Below the pieces are notes generated by a model that saw only the letters and a program-made list of their open reading frames with translations, was not told the origin of the DNA and did not search any database. A stretch of 64,000 nt of DNA from Desulfatiglandales bacterium (GTDB lineage: Bacteria; Desulfobacterota; DSM-4660; Desulfatiglandales; HGW-15): contig CAXXJJ010000004.1 in the NCBI GenBank assembly GCA_963667015.2, positions 3,904,001-3,968,000 of the forward strand, written 5' to 3'. The translations under genes and the position numbers were made by a program. Positions 51,482-62,357 of the stretch are shown piece after piece. The first letter of the stretch is position 1. Each line of letters begins with the position of its first letter.

Positions 51482-53524
51482 TTACTGAATCTCAATAGCA
51501 CCAATATCACCAAGATTATTTCCAGGACGAGAATTATTGAGCTGGTCATAATTTTGACTGGCTACAGAATAAAGTGTTACCGAAATCCTGTTCATTTCAA
51601 TATCGTTATTTTCATCAAGAGGACCAGATGAAGTGAAAAGACCATCCCAGACACTATCCGATATTAGCTCAGGTCCCATCCCGGGAATGTTTTCTGTAAT
51701 CAGGACTTCATCCAGTTTGTGCCAGAATTCTATATATGGATAATTATAAACCTTTTCCGGCCATGTTGTATCAGGTCCAAACCACTGTGTATCTGTAAGC
51801 GTTAGTATAGGATTTCCATCTGGATCTTCATAGGGCTGGTTACCGGCAGTTTCATCATCAATATCTACATTGTTTAAAAAGGTTTCAAAATCAGTAGTAA
51901 AGTTGGCCGCAAAATCGGTGAGGGAATACTCCGATTCAAGCCGACCAAGCATGATTTCAAGGAAATTATTCGTGGCGTTATCAGGTATACTGTAATCAAA
52001 AAATGTTCCTGTAACATTGTAAGTGCCCGTTGGTATTTGATCAAGAGCGTTTCCCTGTGGTTCATAATAGAGTACAGCAGGATCACCCTCATTCACTCCT
52101 GCTGATACAATATCGTCTGAATATGTAATGCCGTTTGTGAGATCAAGCACATCAGTGATAATTATTCCGTCCATATCATTGATAAACGGGTAAAATTTTC
52201 TATTAAGAGATCTCCAGGCCTCCTCACCAACCGGAACAAGGATCTGGCTGAAATCAATAACGCCAATCCTGTTGTAGCCCATGCTACTGAAGTAGAAAGC
52301 CGATCCTGTAAAAATATCATGATTGTAGGTATCTCCTCCAGACTCATGGACTGTATTCCCTGTAATAATAGAATGGCCTATAATCATGTCTTCAAGTACA
52401 TGGGTATTTTCGATGCTTGCGGCAATACCTCCGGCCAGGTTTTTTTTACCAAGGTTATCGGTTCTGGGTATTCCATGGACCTGGTTTTCAACTATAGTAC
52501 AGGTTTTCACCGATATTGAACCATTTGACACGTATACCCCGCTGCCCTTCCAGTTACCCAGTAATGTGATAGAAGGTGTAAGGTCAGCAGGAAAATCTAC
52601 CAGATTTTCAGATATAGTTGAGTTATTCAAATTAAGTGTATTTGAGTTTTCAATACCACCGCCATCAGTATACACACCACCTCCATAGGCAAAAATACCG
52701 GTTATATGATTTCCGGTGATTGATGATCTTATAATATCCGTAGTGGTTTCAGATGTTTCAACTCCACCAACTGAAAACACACCGCCTCCTGAAACTCTTT
52801 CACCGTAGACAGTATTCCCGCTGACTATACAATCCACTATTTTGACAATATCAGCATAAACACCTCCTCCGAATGCCCCGCGATCCGTTGATGAGTCAAA
52901 GTCCCCTTCACAGTAGTTGTCATAGAGTATACAGTTTATGAGGCTTGCCCTGCCCCAGACTGCTATAGCTCCACCCCTGGCAAGGGTCCATGGCTGTTCA
53001 TCGTTTGTTCCGGAAATATCCTCAGCGATACTGCGTCCACCGGTTACAGTAACATTGATCATTGTAAGGTCGCCATATACTGCAAGAACACGTGCATCAT
53101 CATTTCCTGCCCAGGAGATAGTAATTCCGGAAGACAAGTCTGACGCGTCAATTATTACATTTTTATCTGCATACAGTGCGGATTTGCCATAGTCACGGTC
53201 AAAGTACCCTGCAAGAACCGAAATATTATTATCATGATCAAACTCCATTACTTCACCCTTAAGTGTTGTATGTTCTTCGCCAACAATGGACAGTTCAATA
53301 GTACTTCCGTCAAGAGCTGAATCAAAAACAATCACCTGGCCGCTGGCTGCTGATGCTAACGCTGAGCGGAGTGTAACAGTATTTTCCGGTGGATTTGCTA
53401 TGTCTTCAATGCTGTTAACCGTGATTGCTGAAGGTATATCTGTTGAATTGTTGCAACTTGTCAATACAAGAAAGAATGACAGGCTAAAAAGAATTAATAA
53501 ATGTTTCGAATAATTGTTACGCAT
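51482..53524 (-). CDS. Lipoprotein with parallel beta-helix repeats and choice-of-anchor-Q-like C-terminus
   Basis: LTSC lipobox; TLRSALA; GGGVY repeats; DQ...R....DIGAIE. Confidence 0.75.
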   Translation of the reverse strand: MRNNYSKHLLILFSLSFFLVLTSCNNSTDIPSAITVNSIEDIANPPENTVTLRSALASAASGQVIVFDSALDGSTIELSIVGEEHTTLKGEVMEFDHDNNISVLAGYFDRDYGKSALYADKNVIIDASDLSSGITISWAGNDDARVLAVYGDLTMINVTVTGGRSIAEDISGTNDEQPWTLARGGAIAVWGRASLINCILYDNYCEGDFDSSTDRGAFGGGVYADIVKIVDCIVSGNTVYGERVSGGGVFSVGGVETSETTTDIIRSSITGNHITGIFAYGGGVYTDGGGIENSNTLNLNNSTISENLVDFPADLTPSITLLGNWKGSGVYVSNGSISVKTCTIVENQVHGIPRTDNLGKKNLAGGIAASIENTHVLEDMIIGHSIITGNTVHESGGDTYNHDIFTGSAFYFSSMGYNRIGVIDFSQILVPVGEEAWRSLNRKFYPFINDMDGIIITDVLDLTNGITYSDDIVSAGVNEGDPAVLYYEPQGNALDQIPTGTYNVTGTFFDYSIPDNATNNFLEIMLGRLESEYSLTDFAANFTTDFETFLNNVDIDDETAGNQPYEDPDGNPILTLTDTQWFGPDTTWPEKVYNYPYIEFWHKLDEVLITENIPGMGPELISDSVWDGLFTSSGPLDENNDIEMNRISVTLYSVASQNYDQLNNSRPGNNLGDIGAIEIQ

Positions 53525-54267
53525 AATCTTATCTCCTCAATGTTTTTTTGGCGATATAGTAAACGGAACAATAACAATTGTGAAGAGGCAAAGGTATTTT
53601 ATGTATTCTATAGAATACTTAATTAATTAATTTTAATAATTTAGACTAATGCTCAAGAATAATAATTAAAATAGATATCCGTGTACAACCCGTTATACAA
53701 AGCCTAAAAAGCTTGTTATTACTGTTTTATGATGTTTGGTGTTTTTGCAAAAGCACAATGTGAGGTAAGTTAAATAATGTCATGTCATATATGTCTGTAT
53801 TCTATTTTAACCATATAGTATTTAATTGTTTTTTCAGTATCGATTAAATGTAACTGGTGCGATCATTATTAATAAAAAAATATCTTTTTCGCATATCATA
53901 TACTAAAATTTCGCAGTTGATAAATTAACAGGTTTAATAATAGCGTCTTCAATCATATCAAGTAGATTCAATATGATATCTGATTCGATTTTGAAGCCGC
54001 TTGAGAAAGGATTATTATATGTTGAAGCATTAGTTGAGCCAGGGCATTGGTATGCATCTATTACTATGGATGGCAAACAAGTCGGACTATATCACAAAAT
54101 AATCAGTAAAGATGGTAAAACTATGAAATAAACATATACTGGCTTTGATGATGATGGAAAGCCTATTAAGATTATAAAAGCGTTGGAGAAACAATAGTCC
54201 CTACTTTTTATTAATTAATGATTCTTACAGATTGGTTTTCCTTAAATAGTATTTCGAGAAAATAAAA

Positions 54268-55029
54268 ATGAGAGATTGGTTTACAATAGATAAAATTGAT
54301 AATGAGACATATATTATTAGCGAATATCGCCATTGGGAAGAAACACATTGTTATCTTCTTAATGGCTCTAAAAATAGTCTTTTAATTGATACGGGGCTTG
54401 GAATCTGCAATATTTATGATGAAGTAATTAAGTTAACTAACAAGCCAATCATTGCCGTGGCTACCCATATTCATTGGGATCACATCGGAGGCCATGAATA
54501 CTTCCCGGATTTCTACGCACATCAAGAAGAACTCAATTGGCTTCAAGGAGAATTTCCTTTAACAATGGCACAAATAAAGGATATGGTCATTGATCGCTGT
54601 GATTTACCAGAAGGTTTTGATGTAAACGAATATGAGTTTTTTCAGGGTGTGCCAACAAGAGTACTTGAAGACAACGATATAATTGATATTGGTGGTCGCC
54701 ACATCGAAATATTACACACCCCTGGTCACTCTCCCGGGCATATGTGCTTCTGGGAAAAAGAACGTGGCTATCTTTTTACCGGTGATTTGGTTTATAAAGA
54801 CACCCTATTCGCGTATTATCCATCAACCGACCCGGAGGCATACTTAAACTCTCTCGAACGGATTTCAGCATTGCCTGTGAAACATGTATTTCCTGCGCAT
54901 CATGATCTAAACATTCAATCCGAGATTTTAATACGAATGAGAGATGCTTTCCGAGAGTTGAGCGATGAGGGTAAATTGTGTCATGGAAGCGGGACCTTTA
55001 ATTACGGAGACTGGGCAGTGTGGTTATGA
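54268..55029 (+). CDS. MBL-fold metallo-hydrolase
   Basis: THIHWDHIGG, TPGHSPG, LFTGD, PAH. Confidence 0.9.
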   Translation: MRDWFTIDKIDNETYIISEYRHWEETHCYLLNGSKNSLLIDTGLGICNIYDEVIKLTNKPIIAVATHIHWDHIGGHEYFPDFYAHQEELNWLQGEFPLTMAQIKDMVIDRCDLPEGFDVNEYEFFQGVPTRVLEDNDIIDIGGRHIEILHTPGHSPGHMCFWEKERGYLFTGDLVYKDTLFAYYPSTDPEAYLNSLERISALPVKHVFPAHHDLNIQSEILIRMRDAFRELSDEGKLCHGSGTFNYGDWAVWL

Positions 55030-55138
55030 TTGGACAAATTCACAACAAAAGATCCAATTTAAACAGAACTTATTTCCGTTGTTTTTATTTTTTTGTAAAC
55101 AGCTGTATGTTTGGTCAATTAACTCAAGGAGGTAATCA

Positions 55139-55966
55139 ATGAACATTAAATCAGTTTCCTGTGTATATTTTTCTCCTACAGGAACGACAAAAACAATTGC
55201 TGAAAATATTTCTCAAGGCATTAATGCCGAAAGAGTTGAGATGATAGATATAACCAACCTAGCCAACCGTGAAGGTGGTGGCTTGAATTTTGGAAATGAG
55301 CTTGTCATCCTTGCAACCCCGGTATATTACGGTCGCGTTCCAGAGGTAGTCGCATCCTACTTAACCTCATTCAAAGCTGAGCAGACACCTGCTGTGCTTG
55401 TAGTGGTTTATGGAAACAGGGATTACGATGATGCTCTCAAAGAATTACATGATATAGCAGTGGCAGATAATTTTATACCTGTAGCCGGTGGTACTTTCGT
55501 TGCGGAGCATTCGTATTCTTCTACTGATTACCCAATTGCTCCAGGTCGTCCGGACGATATTGATATACAAAAAGCACAGGAGTTTGGTACCGCCGTTCGA
55601 GAGAAATTACAAAATTTAGAGGCACTGGAGGAATTAGCTTCTATTAAGGTCCCAGGCCAGGCTCCCTATATTGAGCCTGTGAATTTGGATATGATTAAAA
55701 AAGCACGATCGGTTGTAGCTTTAACTCCTGAAACGGACACATCAAAATGCACACAGTGCGGGCAGTGTGCCGAGGCTTGTCCGACTAGAGCCATTTCTTT
55801 TGATGATGTAACCCAAACCGATAAATGGCAATGCCTTATTTGTTTTGCATGTGTGAAAATCTGCCCGGAAGGAGCAAGGCAAATGAGTGAACCAAATTTC
55901 AAAGCTGCAATCCAGGCACTACAGCAAAACTGCCAGGATAGAAAAGAACCGGAATTTTATTTGTAA
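55139..55966 (+). CDS. Flavodoxin-ferredoxin fusion (EFR1-like)
   Basis: YFSPTGTT, YGNRDYDDAL, two CxxCxxCxxxCP. Confidence 0.88.
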   Translation: MNIKSVSCVYFSPTGTTKTIAENISQGINAERVEMIDITNLANREGGGLNFGNELVILATPVYYGRVPEVVASYLTSFKAEQTPAVLVVVYGNRDYDDALKELHDIAVADNFIPVAGGTFVAEHSYSSTDYPIAPGRPDDIDIQKAQEFGTAVREKLQNLEALEELASIKVPGQAPYIEPVNLDMIKKARSVVALTPETDTSKCTQCGQCAEACPTRAISFDDVTQTDKWQCLICFACVKICPEGARQMSEPNFKAAIQALQQNCQDRKEPEFYL

Positions 55967-56049
55967 GAAATAAAATGAATAATATTAGATAGGGATATAG
56001 CGAGGATGCTGAATATAAAAGAGGTAGTTTCAATATTGAGGAGTAAGTC

Positions 56050-56925
56050 ATGCCTAATGTGATAGCCAATGGAATTCAAATCGAATACGATACTTTTGGT
56101 AACAGCTCGTTTCCCGTATTGTTGTTAATAATGGGGGGCGGAAGCCAAATGATATATTGGGAAGCTGAGTTCTGTGATTTATTAGCAGATAAAGGGCTTT
56201 TTGTTATACGCTTCGATAACCGGGACATCGGCCTTTCGACCAAATTTGAGGACGCTGGCATTCCCGACATGATGGCGGTAATGAAAGGCGAGTCAGTAAC
56301 TCCTCCATATACTCTCGAGGACATGGCAGATGATGCTATTGGTTTATTGGATGCGTTAGGTATTGAGAAAGCTAATATTTGCGGTGCTTCAGTAGGGGGA
56401 ATGATAGCTCAGGTTGTATCCTATCGGCACCCTGAACGCGTTTTAAGCCTTACTTCAATCATGTCGAGCACAGGTAACCCTGCACTTCCACAAATAAAGC
56501 CGGAAATTTTAGCTGAGGTATATAAACCTGTCCCGGATGAACGTGAAGCGTATATTGAACATAATGTAAATATGTGGCGTAAACTCTGGAGCCCCGGATT
56601 TCAATTTGAAGAAAAACGATTACGAGCCCTCATGGAGGAAAGCTTTGATCGTTCGTATTACCCGCAAGGCATGGCCCGACAAAGTGCAGCAGTAATGGCT
56701 CATGGCTATCAAAAAACATCGATCGCATCTATTAAAGCCCCAACACTCGTAATCCATGGTGACAAAGACCCATTTATGCCAGTTGAAGGTGGCAAGGAAA
56801 CAGCGGAGTTGATACCTGATTCAAAATTATTAATAATTAAGGGTATGGGACATGATATACCCAAAGGAACTTGGCCAATAATAGTTGACACAATATCCGA
56901 TCATATAAAACAAGCTGGTTGTTGA
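56050..56925 (+). CDS. Alpha/beta hydrolase
   Basis: RFDNRDIG, GASVGG, HGDKD, GMGHD. Confidence 0.9.
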   Translation: MPNVIANGIQIEYDTFGNSSFPVLLLIMGGGSQMIYWEAEFCDLLADKGLFVIRFDNRDIGLSTKFEDAGIPDMMAVMKGESVTPPYTLEDMADDAIGLLDALGIEKANICGASVGGMIAQVVSYRHPERVLSLTSIMSSTGNPALPQIKPEILAEVYKPVPDEREAYIEHNVNMWRKLWSPGFQFEEKRLRALMEESFDRSYYPQGMARQSAAVMAHGYQKTSIASIKAPTLVIHGDKDPFMPVEGGKETAELIPDSKLLIIKGMGHDIPKGTWPIIVDTISDHIKQAGC

Positions 56926-57108
56926 TAATCGAAAATACTATTTAATGAGTGGCGTCTGGATCGGTCAGGTATTTTCCTGAATAAGGACCGTCAACCTGCA
57001 ACGGTTGAGAGCATGCGCTTACTGCTTCGTGTGTTTACTTTTTTCAGATTTCCAATTCTTATACAATCTATATAACCAATACCATTTTATAAGTAATACG
57101 AAATTAAA

Positions 57109-57270
57109 ATGGCAAAAGATAATTTAGAAACAAAAGTGAAGAAGTCCGTAATCAATATCGATAAGAATATCAATGGCATTTACAATATGTTAACTGACCT
57201 CAGTCTCAAGTTAACCCATATCATCACAAGTATGAGTGACTATAGGGCTTATGATAGGGAGTTTTATTAA
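57109..57270 (+). CDS. Small hypothetical protein (53 aa)
   Basis: MAKDNLETKVKKSV...; no Shine-Dalgarno. Confidence 0.35.
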   Translation: MAKDNLETKVKKSVINIDKNINGIYNMLTDLSLKLTHIITSMSDYRAYDREFY

Positions 57271-57674
57271 TAAATATTGCCAAGCCATAAGCATTTTTCT
57301 GTCTTTGCTTTCCCTCATGCCTATAAACAGAGATAGAAAATTACAGAACTAACGATGGAAAAAAATTATTTACATAATGAAAGTAATAAACGGGGTTGCG
57401 ATTATATTCCTAATTGGGCGAGAATACTGATTGATCTATATAAGTCTCCGTTAAAATATGAGGTAATGTATGAGATGAAGTATGAATCTATTCGGTAAAA
57501 GCCATAATGAGTTAAATTTATAAAAGATAGCACCTCTCATAATGCAAACATTAAAGATTGTAAATCTTTAATGAGAAAAAATTAACACTATAGGGAGTTG
57601 GTTTTTTCAAAGCCTCAATAGTATAGTGGAAGGAAAAAACCCAACTTTTATATAGTGTTATAAAAGATAATAGT

Positions 57675-58838
57675 ATGGCAAAAAGTTCAGTATACCCAGC
57701 TTTCAAACGCGGAGAAGTCGTACAATATTATAACTCATTACCCGTTTCTGAAAAAAAGATAATTAATAGTTTTATTGACTATGTGTCTATTGAATCGTCT
57801 AGCAAGGCTCGCTTAGATAATAACCGCAGGACCATAACCCAGCTCAGATATATAACTGATAAAAATTTTAAGGATATCGATTTAGAAGACTTAAGACATT
57901 ACCTGGCTCTTTTAAAAAAGAGTGATAAAACGACCTCCACACAGACTGATTATAAAGCCTCAATAAAAAGATTTCTTCGTTGGCATTTTCCAAATTGGTC
58001 AGAAAGATTTGATAACCTCCGTGATATCAAATTAAAGTTTGGATACAATGAAGAGAAGATTAATGCTTCAACCATTCTAAAAAAAGAAGATATAGAAAAG
58101 CTTGTCAAAGCTGAGAATTCTCTGTTCTGGAAAACCTTTTTTATTTGTCTTTACGAAACAGGACTTAGACCTTATGAGCTTCGGAAATTAACCTGGGACA
58201 AAGTAGAACTTGGAAATAAAAATAATATTTCAAAAATATATGTTTTTGCCACCAAGACCTCTAAGGCTCGTACTACTTTTATTAAGGAAGGAACATATTA
58301 CCTGTCTGAGCTTAAAAGAAGATATGAGATACAAGGAAACATTAGTAGGCTAGTCTTCCCTTCTCCCAGGAATATTAACAAACCTATGGATAAAGGTAGA
58401 GTCTCAGAATGGCTTAAAAAGCTTACAACAAAGGTTCTAGGGAGGGCAGTTACACCCTATATGCTGCGGCATACCAGAGCAACCGAACTTTATATCAATC
58501 CTCAGATTCCTGATAAAATTGCTCAAAAAGTTCTAGGGCATGGTAAAAATATGGGAGATATCTATACACATCTTTCAGATAATGATGTGGAGGATGTTCT
58601 AGGCTCTACTATTTACAATTTTGAAGATATATCACCTGAAGAAAAGCATCAGCTAAAAGAAGATGTCGAACAACATAAAATGGAAATCAGGCAACTTAAA
58701 GAAAAGATCGAAATTATGGGAAAGTATGATGCTATTGCGAATAATATATTTGAAGATAAACGGCTTCAAAAAGCACTATTAAAATCGATGATAGAAAACG
58801 GATACGGAAAGCAATTACTGGAACTCTCTGGCAATTGA
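57675..58838 (+). CDS. Tyrosine recombinase/integrase with C-terminal coiled tail
   Basis: LYETGLRPYE, TKT, YMLRHTRAT, LGH....IYTHL. Confidence 0.88.
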   Translation: MAKSSVYPAFKRGEVVQYYNSLPVSEKKIINSFIDYVSIESSSKARLDNNRRTITQLRYITDKNFKDIDLEDLRHYLALLKKSDKTTSTQTDYKASIKRFLRWHFPNWSERFDNLRDIKLKFGYNEEKINASTILKKEDIEKLVKAENSLFWKTFFICLYETGLRPYELRKLTWDKVELGNKNNISKIYVFATKTSKARTTFIKEGTYYLSELKRRYEIQGNISRLVFPSPRNINKPMDKGRVSEWLKKLTTKVLGRAVTPYMLRHTRATELYINPQIPDKIAQKVLGHGKNMGDIYTHLSDNDVEDVLGSTIYNFEDISPEEKHQLKEDVEQHKMEIRQLKEKIEIMGKYDAIANNIFEDKRLQKALLKSMIENGYGKQLLELSGN

Positions 58839-59339
58839 CCATCCCTTCTCGGTAAGCCAATAATATCGTCTTCTATCCTCTCCCATTTCACTGTCTACCA
58901 ATTCTTTACTTATTAATTCTTTAAGTATAGATTTAGTACTGATTCTTGAAAGGCAAGGATTCAAATTTGAGGACTTTTTCCGGATATCTTCCGAAGTCCG
59001 CTTCATTGAATCTCTTGACAGAGTTTTTAAAACAACAAGTCTTTGCATTGGACTACTTATCACCCATCCTATCATCCCATAATTCTTTCTGTTTCTATTT
59101 CCACTCTCCTGTAAATTGAGTAGCCTCCGGGATCTATCCGTTAAAGTATACAGCCTACCCTTTTGTGCTTCTGGGTTAAGACATTTTAACAAATCTCTTT
59201 TCAAAAATGGTTTAAGGTTGAATTTTTTAATATTGAGTTCTTTTTGGATTTGGGTAGGGGTTTTTGGGAGAAAAAATGCTCTAATAATCTCTGAATTCCT
59301 TGACCGACTCGACCAATTGGCCAGCTCCTTTTCTCCCAT
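58815..59339 (-). CDS. Tandem winged-HTH protein
   Basis: PKTPTQI...GRLYTLT and ...RRYYWLTEKG. Confidence 0.6.
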   Translation of the reverse strand: MGEKELANWSSRSRNSEIIRAFFLPKTPTQIQKELNIKKFNLKPFLKRDLLKCLNPEAQKGRLYTLTDRSRRLLNLQESGNRNRKNYGMIGWVISSPMQRLVVLKTLSRDSMKRTSEDIRKKSSNLNPCLSRISTKSILKELISKELVDSEMGEDRRRYYWLTEKGWSIAREFQ

Positions 59340-59858
59340 TTAAGGATATTCAGGAAGTTAAATAAAGCGCTTGTATAAGGATAAGAACCTCTTTTGTTTC
59401 TATTTCCATTCAATATTGTGACAGGTTAGGATTACAGATATTTTATTGTAGTTTTGGGATAAGATCGATGGAGTTCGGACAAACAATTTAAATAAATTAC
59501 AAATAATTGAAATAAATTATATAAAGGAAAATACCACGGCTGCTAAATACTTGTCTTTTTCACTTTTATTTCCATTTCCCCTTCCCATTTCCCCCTACTT
59601 ACATAAAAAAACAGAAACAAATCATCGAAGATAATACCCATTAAAGATGCTTAAATAGCAAACCTATATAATAGCGCGCAACAACAACCGCAAGGTTGCG
59701 CGCGTACCATGCCTAACAAGTAAAATAGCAAAGCTTTCCTCAGTCCTTTATGTTTAAGATACTGTCTGTATTGATAACATTCATTCATTTAAAATATTAC
59801 TATAATAATATCCAGGTATACCTGATTTCACTGATAATAATATGAGGTATACCGTCTA

Positions 59859-59892
59859 GTGCGACAACTATTTCTATAGATAATTGTCGCAC
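59859..59892. other. Imperfect palindrome, possible recombinase/regulator site
   Basis: gtgcgacaa-ctatttctatagataa-ttgtcgcac. Confidence 0.4.
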
Positions 59893-60292
59893 GTTATAAA
59901 TCGCACAAGTCTATAAATAAGCCAGATAAAGGCTTGTGACTATATTTTTCAAACCCTGGCACTTATGGATTTTTGATAAAAATATATAGGTGCATTTAAT
60001 ATGATTCGGAATAATTATGAATTCTAAAAACAGCCGTAAAATTAGAATTTATATTTATGGAGAATAAAAAAACTTAAAATGAGAGAAGACTCCGGGATAC
60101 TCGATTTTTATGTTTTTTTGAGTTATAAAAAAAATTATTTAGAAAGTATTGTTGTGTCGATATATAAATATAAATCATGACAGGATAATACTTTTACTCA
60201 ATTATATTTTTTTTATTTATGAATCATGAAAAGGACGATGCTGCTCCCGGTTTATATATAAAATTATTTTTAAAATTGTTTGTAAATCTCCA

Positions 60293-60589
60293 GTGGAGGA
60301 ATTTTCTATGACATGCACAAAAAAAGACCTTGTAGATAGTATTTGTTTAAAATATGGATTTACGATAATGCAGTCTTCAAGAATTGTTGAATTCTTTTTC
60401 GATCATATAAAGGATGCTTTAGTTACAGGCGAGGATGTTTTGATTTCTGGTTTTGGTAAATTCTACCTTATTGATAAAAAGATACGTAAAGGTAGAAATC
60501 CTGCAACTGGTGAAGATTTAATGCTGGATGCAAGGCGGATTATTTCATTTAGAACTGCGGGTAAATTGAAGAAGAAATTGAATGAATAA
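60293..60589 (+). CDS. Integration host factor alpha-like protein (island copy; likely start ATG 60308)
   Basis: TKKDLV, GEDVLISGFGKF, RKGRNPATGE, RRIISF. Confidence 0.85.
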   Translation: MEEFSMTCTKKDLVDSICLKYGFTIMQSSRIVEFFFDHIKDALVTGEDVLISGFGKFYLIDKKIRKGRNPATGEDLMLDARRIISFRTAGKLKKKLNE

Positions 60590-60776
60590 TAAAATCCATA
60601 GAGACACAATTTTCCATATGGAGATTTCAATTAAAAAAATAAATTAAATAAAGATAAATCATTCGTTGCTTATTCCTTCGTAGCAAGTTTCACAGTACCA
60701 TTCTTTTTCGGAGTCTCTGTATCTGACATCGTATTCAGTACAACCGCAACTCACACAATCTTTTTGGCAAACCATC

Positions 60777-61235
60777 CTATTCTTTACTTGTTGTTTTTTT
60801 CAGCCTTTCAATCTCTATCTCGCAACTTCGTTTAAGACTCTCAAAGCCTTCAATTAATGCTTTTCTAATATACTTAAATTTTTCAAAGCTGACACTTAAC
60901 GCGCCTGATTTGTATACATCAAAAAGCATGTGGTCAGGGATGCGACCATATTTTTTGTCTCCATAGGCATTGGCTATCATATAAGCTAAGGCGATATCCT
61001 GGGACATATCCATTCCGCAACCACACAAAGCAAGATACAGTTTATCGTCTTCAGTATTCTTAACAACGGTGCAATTTGTTTCCTGACATATCCTTATGAT
61101 TTTGTCTTCCTCTAAGGCGCTCAAATGGAGTGGATAAGCATAGTTGTAAATCGGCATGTAATCGTCAAGCTCAATGCCCTCCAGATTATCTTCAGACCAT
61201 TCTCCTTTTTCCTCCTCCATTACATAGCGACCCAA
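60777..61235 (-). CDS. Hypothetical protein (true start probably GTG ~61299 with a homopolymer frameshift)
   Basis: PIYNYAYPL, LALCGCGMDMSQDI; GGAGGT RBS ~61302. Confidence 0.55.
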   Translation of the reverse strand: MGRYVMEEEKGEWSEDNLEGIELDDYMPIYNYAYPLHLSALEEDKIIRICQETNCTVVKNTEDDKLYLALCGCGMDMSQDIALAYMIANAYGDKKYGRIPDHMLFDVYKSGALSVSFEKFKYIRKALIEGFESLKRSCEIEIERLKKTTSKE

Positions 61236-61640
61236 ACAGTCCCACTCGTCACCTTTAAATGCTTCCCACCAATCGACATATCTGCTTTCTATTTTCCACG
61301 TTACCTCCTTTCAGTTTTTATTGCTTCCTTCTTTTTTCGTCCAAGGAAACCTTGGGCCTTGCTGAAACCATGGATACACGGGTGAGGAGAATGCCGAACA
61401 TGCCAGACTAAAGCGGAAGACATTTGAGTCTTCAAAAAACTTAAATGGTTAACTGGAAAGTGCCTTTTATGTTTTTTAGCGAAGGAGGCAATCGAGACAG
61501 GAGATGAGATTCGGTAGTTAAGTATTATGTCGAAGTGCAAAAGATTTACTGATCCTGATGATATGTCCTCAGGATAGATATATTTTTTGTATAGTTTTTT
61601 TTATAAAGAAAGAAAAAGAAAAAAAAGCAGGACAAGGAAA

Positions 61641-61796
61641 TTATTCCTTGTCTTCAAAGGTGCTGAACTGGCACGAGTTGGCGTCGCCGTCAACAACTTC
61701 AAGTAGAAGCGTTCTGCTGACGTAAAGCCAGGTGCCGTTAACTGCAATCTTAAAACCTTTTCCGGTGTTAGTCCTGCAAAAAGTCACTTTTTCCAT
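61641..61796 (-). CDS. Small hypothetical protein (51 aa)
   Basis: AGGAGGT RBS; MEKVTFCRTNTGKGFKIAVNGTWLYVSR... Confidence 0.6.
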   Translation of the reverse strand: MEKVTFCRTNTGKGFKIAVNGTWLYVSRTLLLEVVDGDANSCQFSTFEDKE

Positions 61797-62357
61797 TTTT
61801 TACCTCCTGTATATTTATTTTTCATGACCGGAGCACACGCGTAGCTTTTGGATAGATAAATTTTTATATAGACCAAAAAACTTACTGAGACTGATATCAT
61901 GCGGTATCAGGATAGATATGTTTTCGGGGCAGTGGAACAATTTACTGAGTTAAAAGTTTTGTCATGAGAGAAAATAAATGTAGGGAGTAAAATGGAAAGG
62001 AATTTTGAACAACTTTAGGATTATTCAATGTTTTAAGAGATTAACTTTTAAATCTTCTTTTGGTATAATGAGCTCAGAGCCGAAAATCATGGGGTGCCTT
62101 GATTTGGCATCTAATTATTAGAGCTGACATGAATGGGAAAAATTTAAGTTTCTGCCTCTGTAGGTGTTTGGGAAAAAATATCGATGGAAGATGATTTACT
62201 TTTAACGATGATGTTAATTTTTGATTAAAAAAACGACGACGGTACAGATAAAAAAACCTTGAGATTAAATATATATATTTGATAAAGTAGGACTCATCTT
62301 ATTAAAGTCTTTTAATATCTTCCCATCTTTAATAACACATAAAAAGAGAGCAGCGCA

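Noticed and set aside
53950..54197. ORF-like stretch ...HKIISKDGKTMK*TYTG...
   Set aside because: Internal stop and no start; unidentifiable gene remnant.
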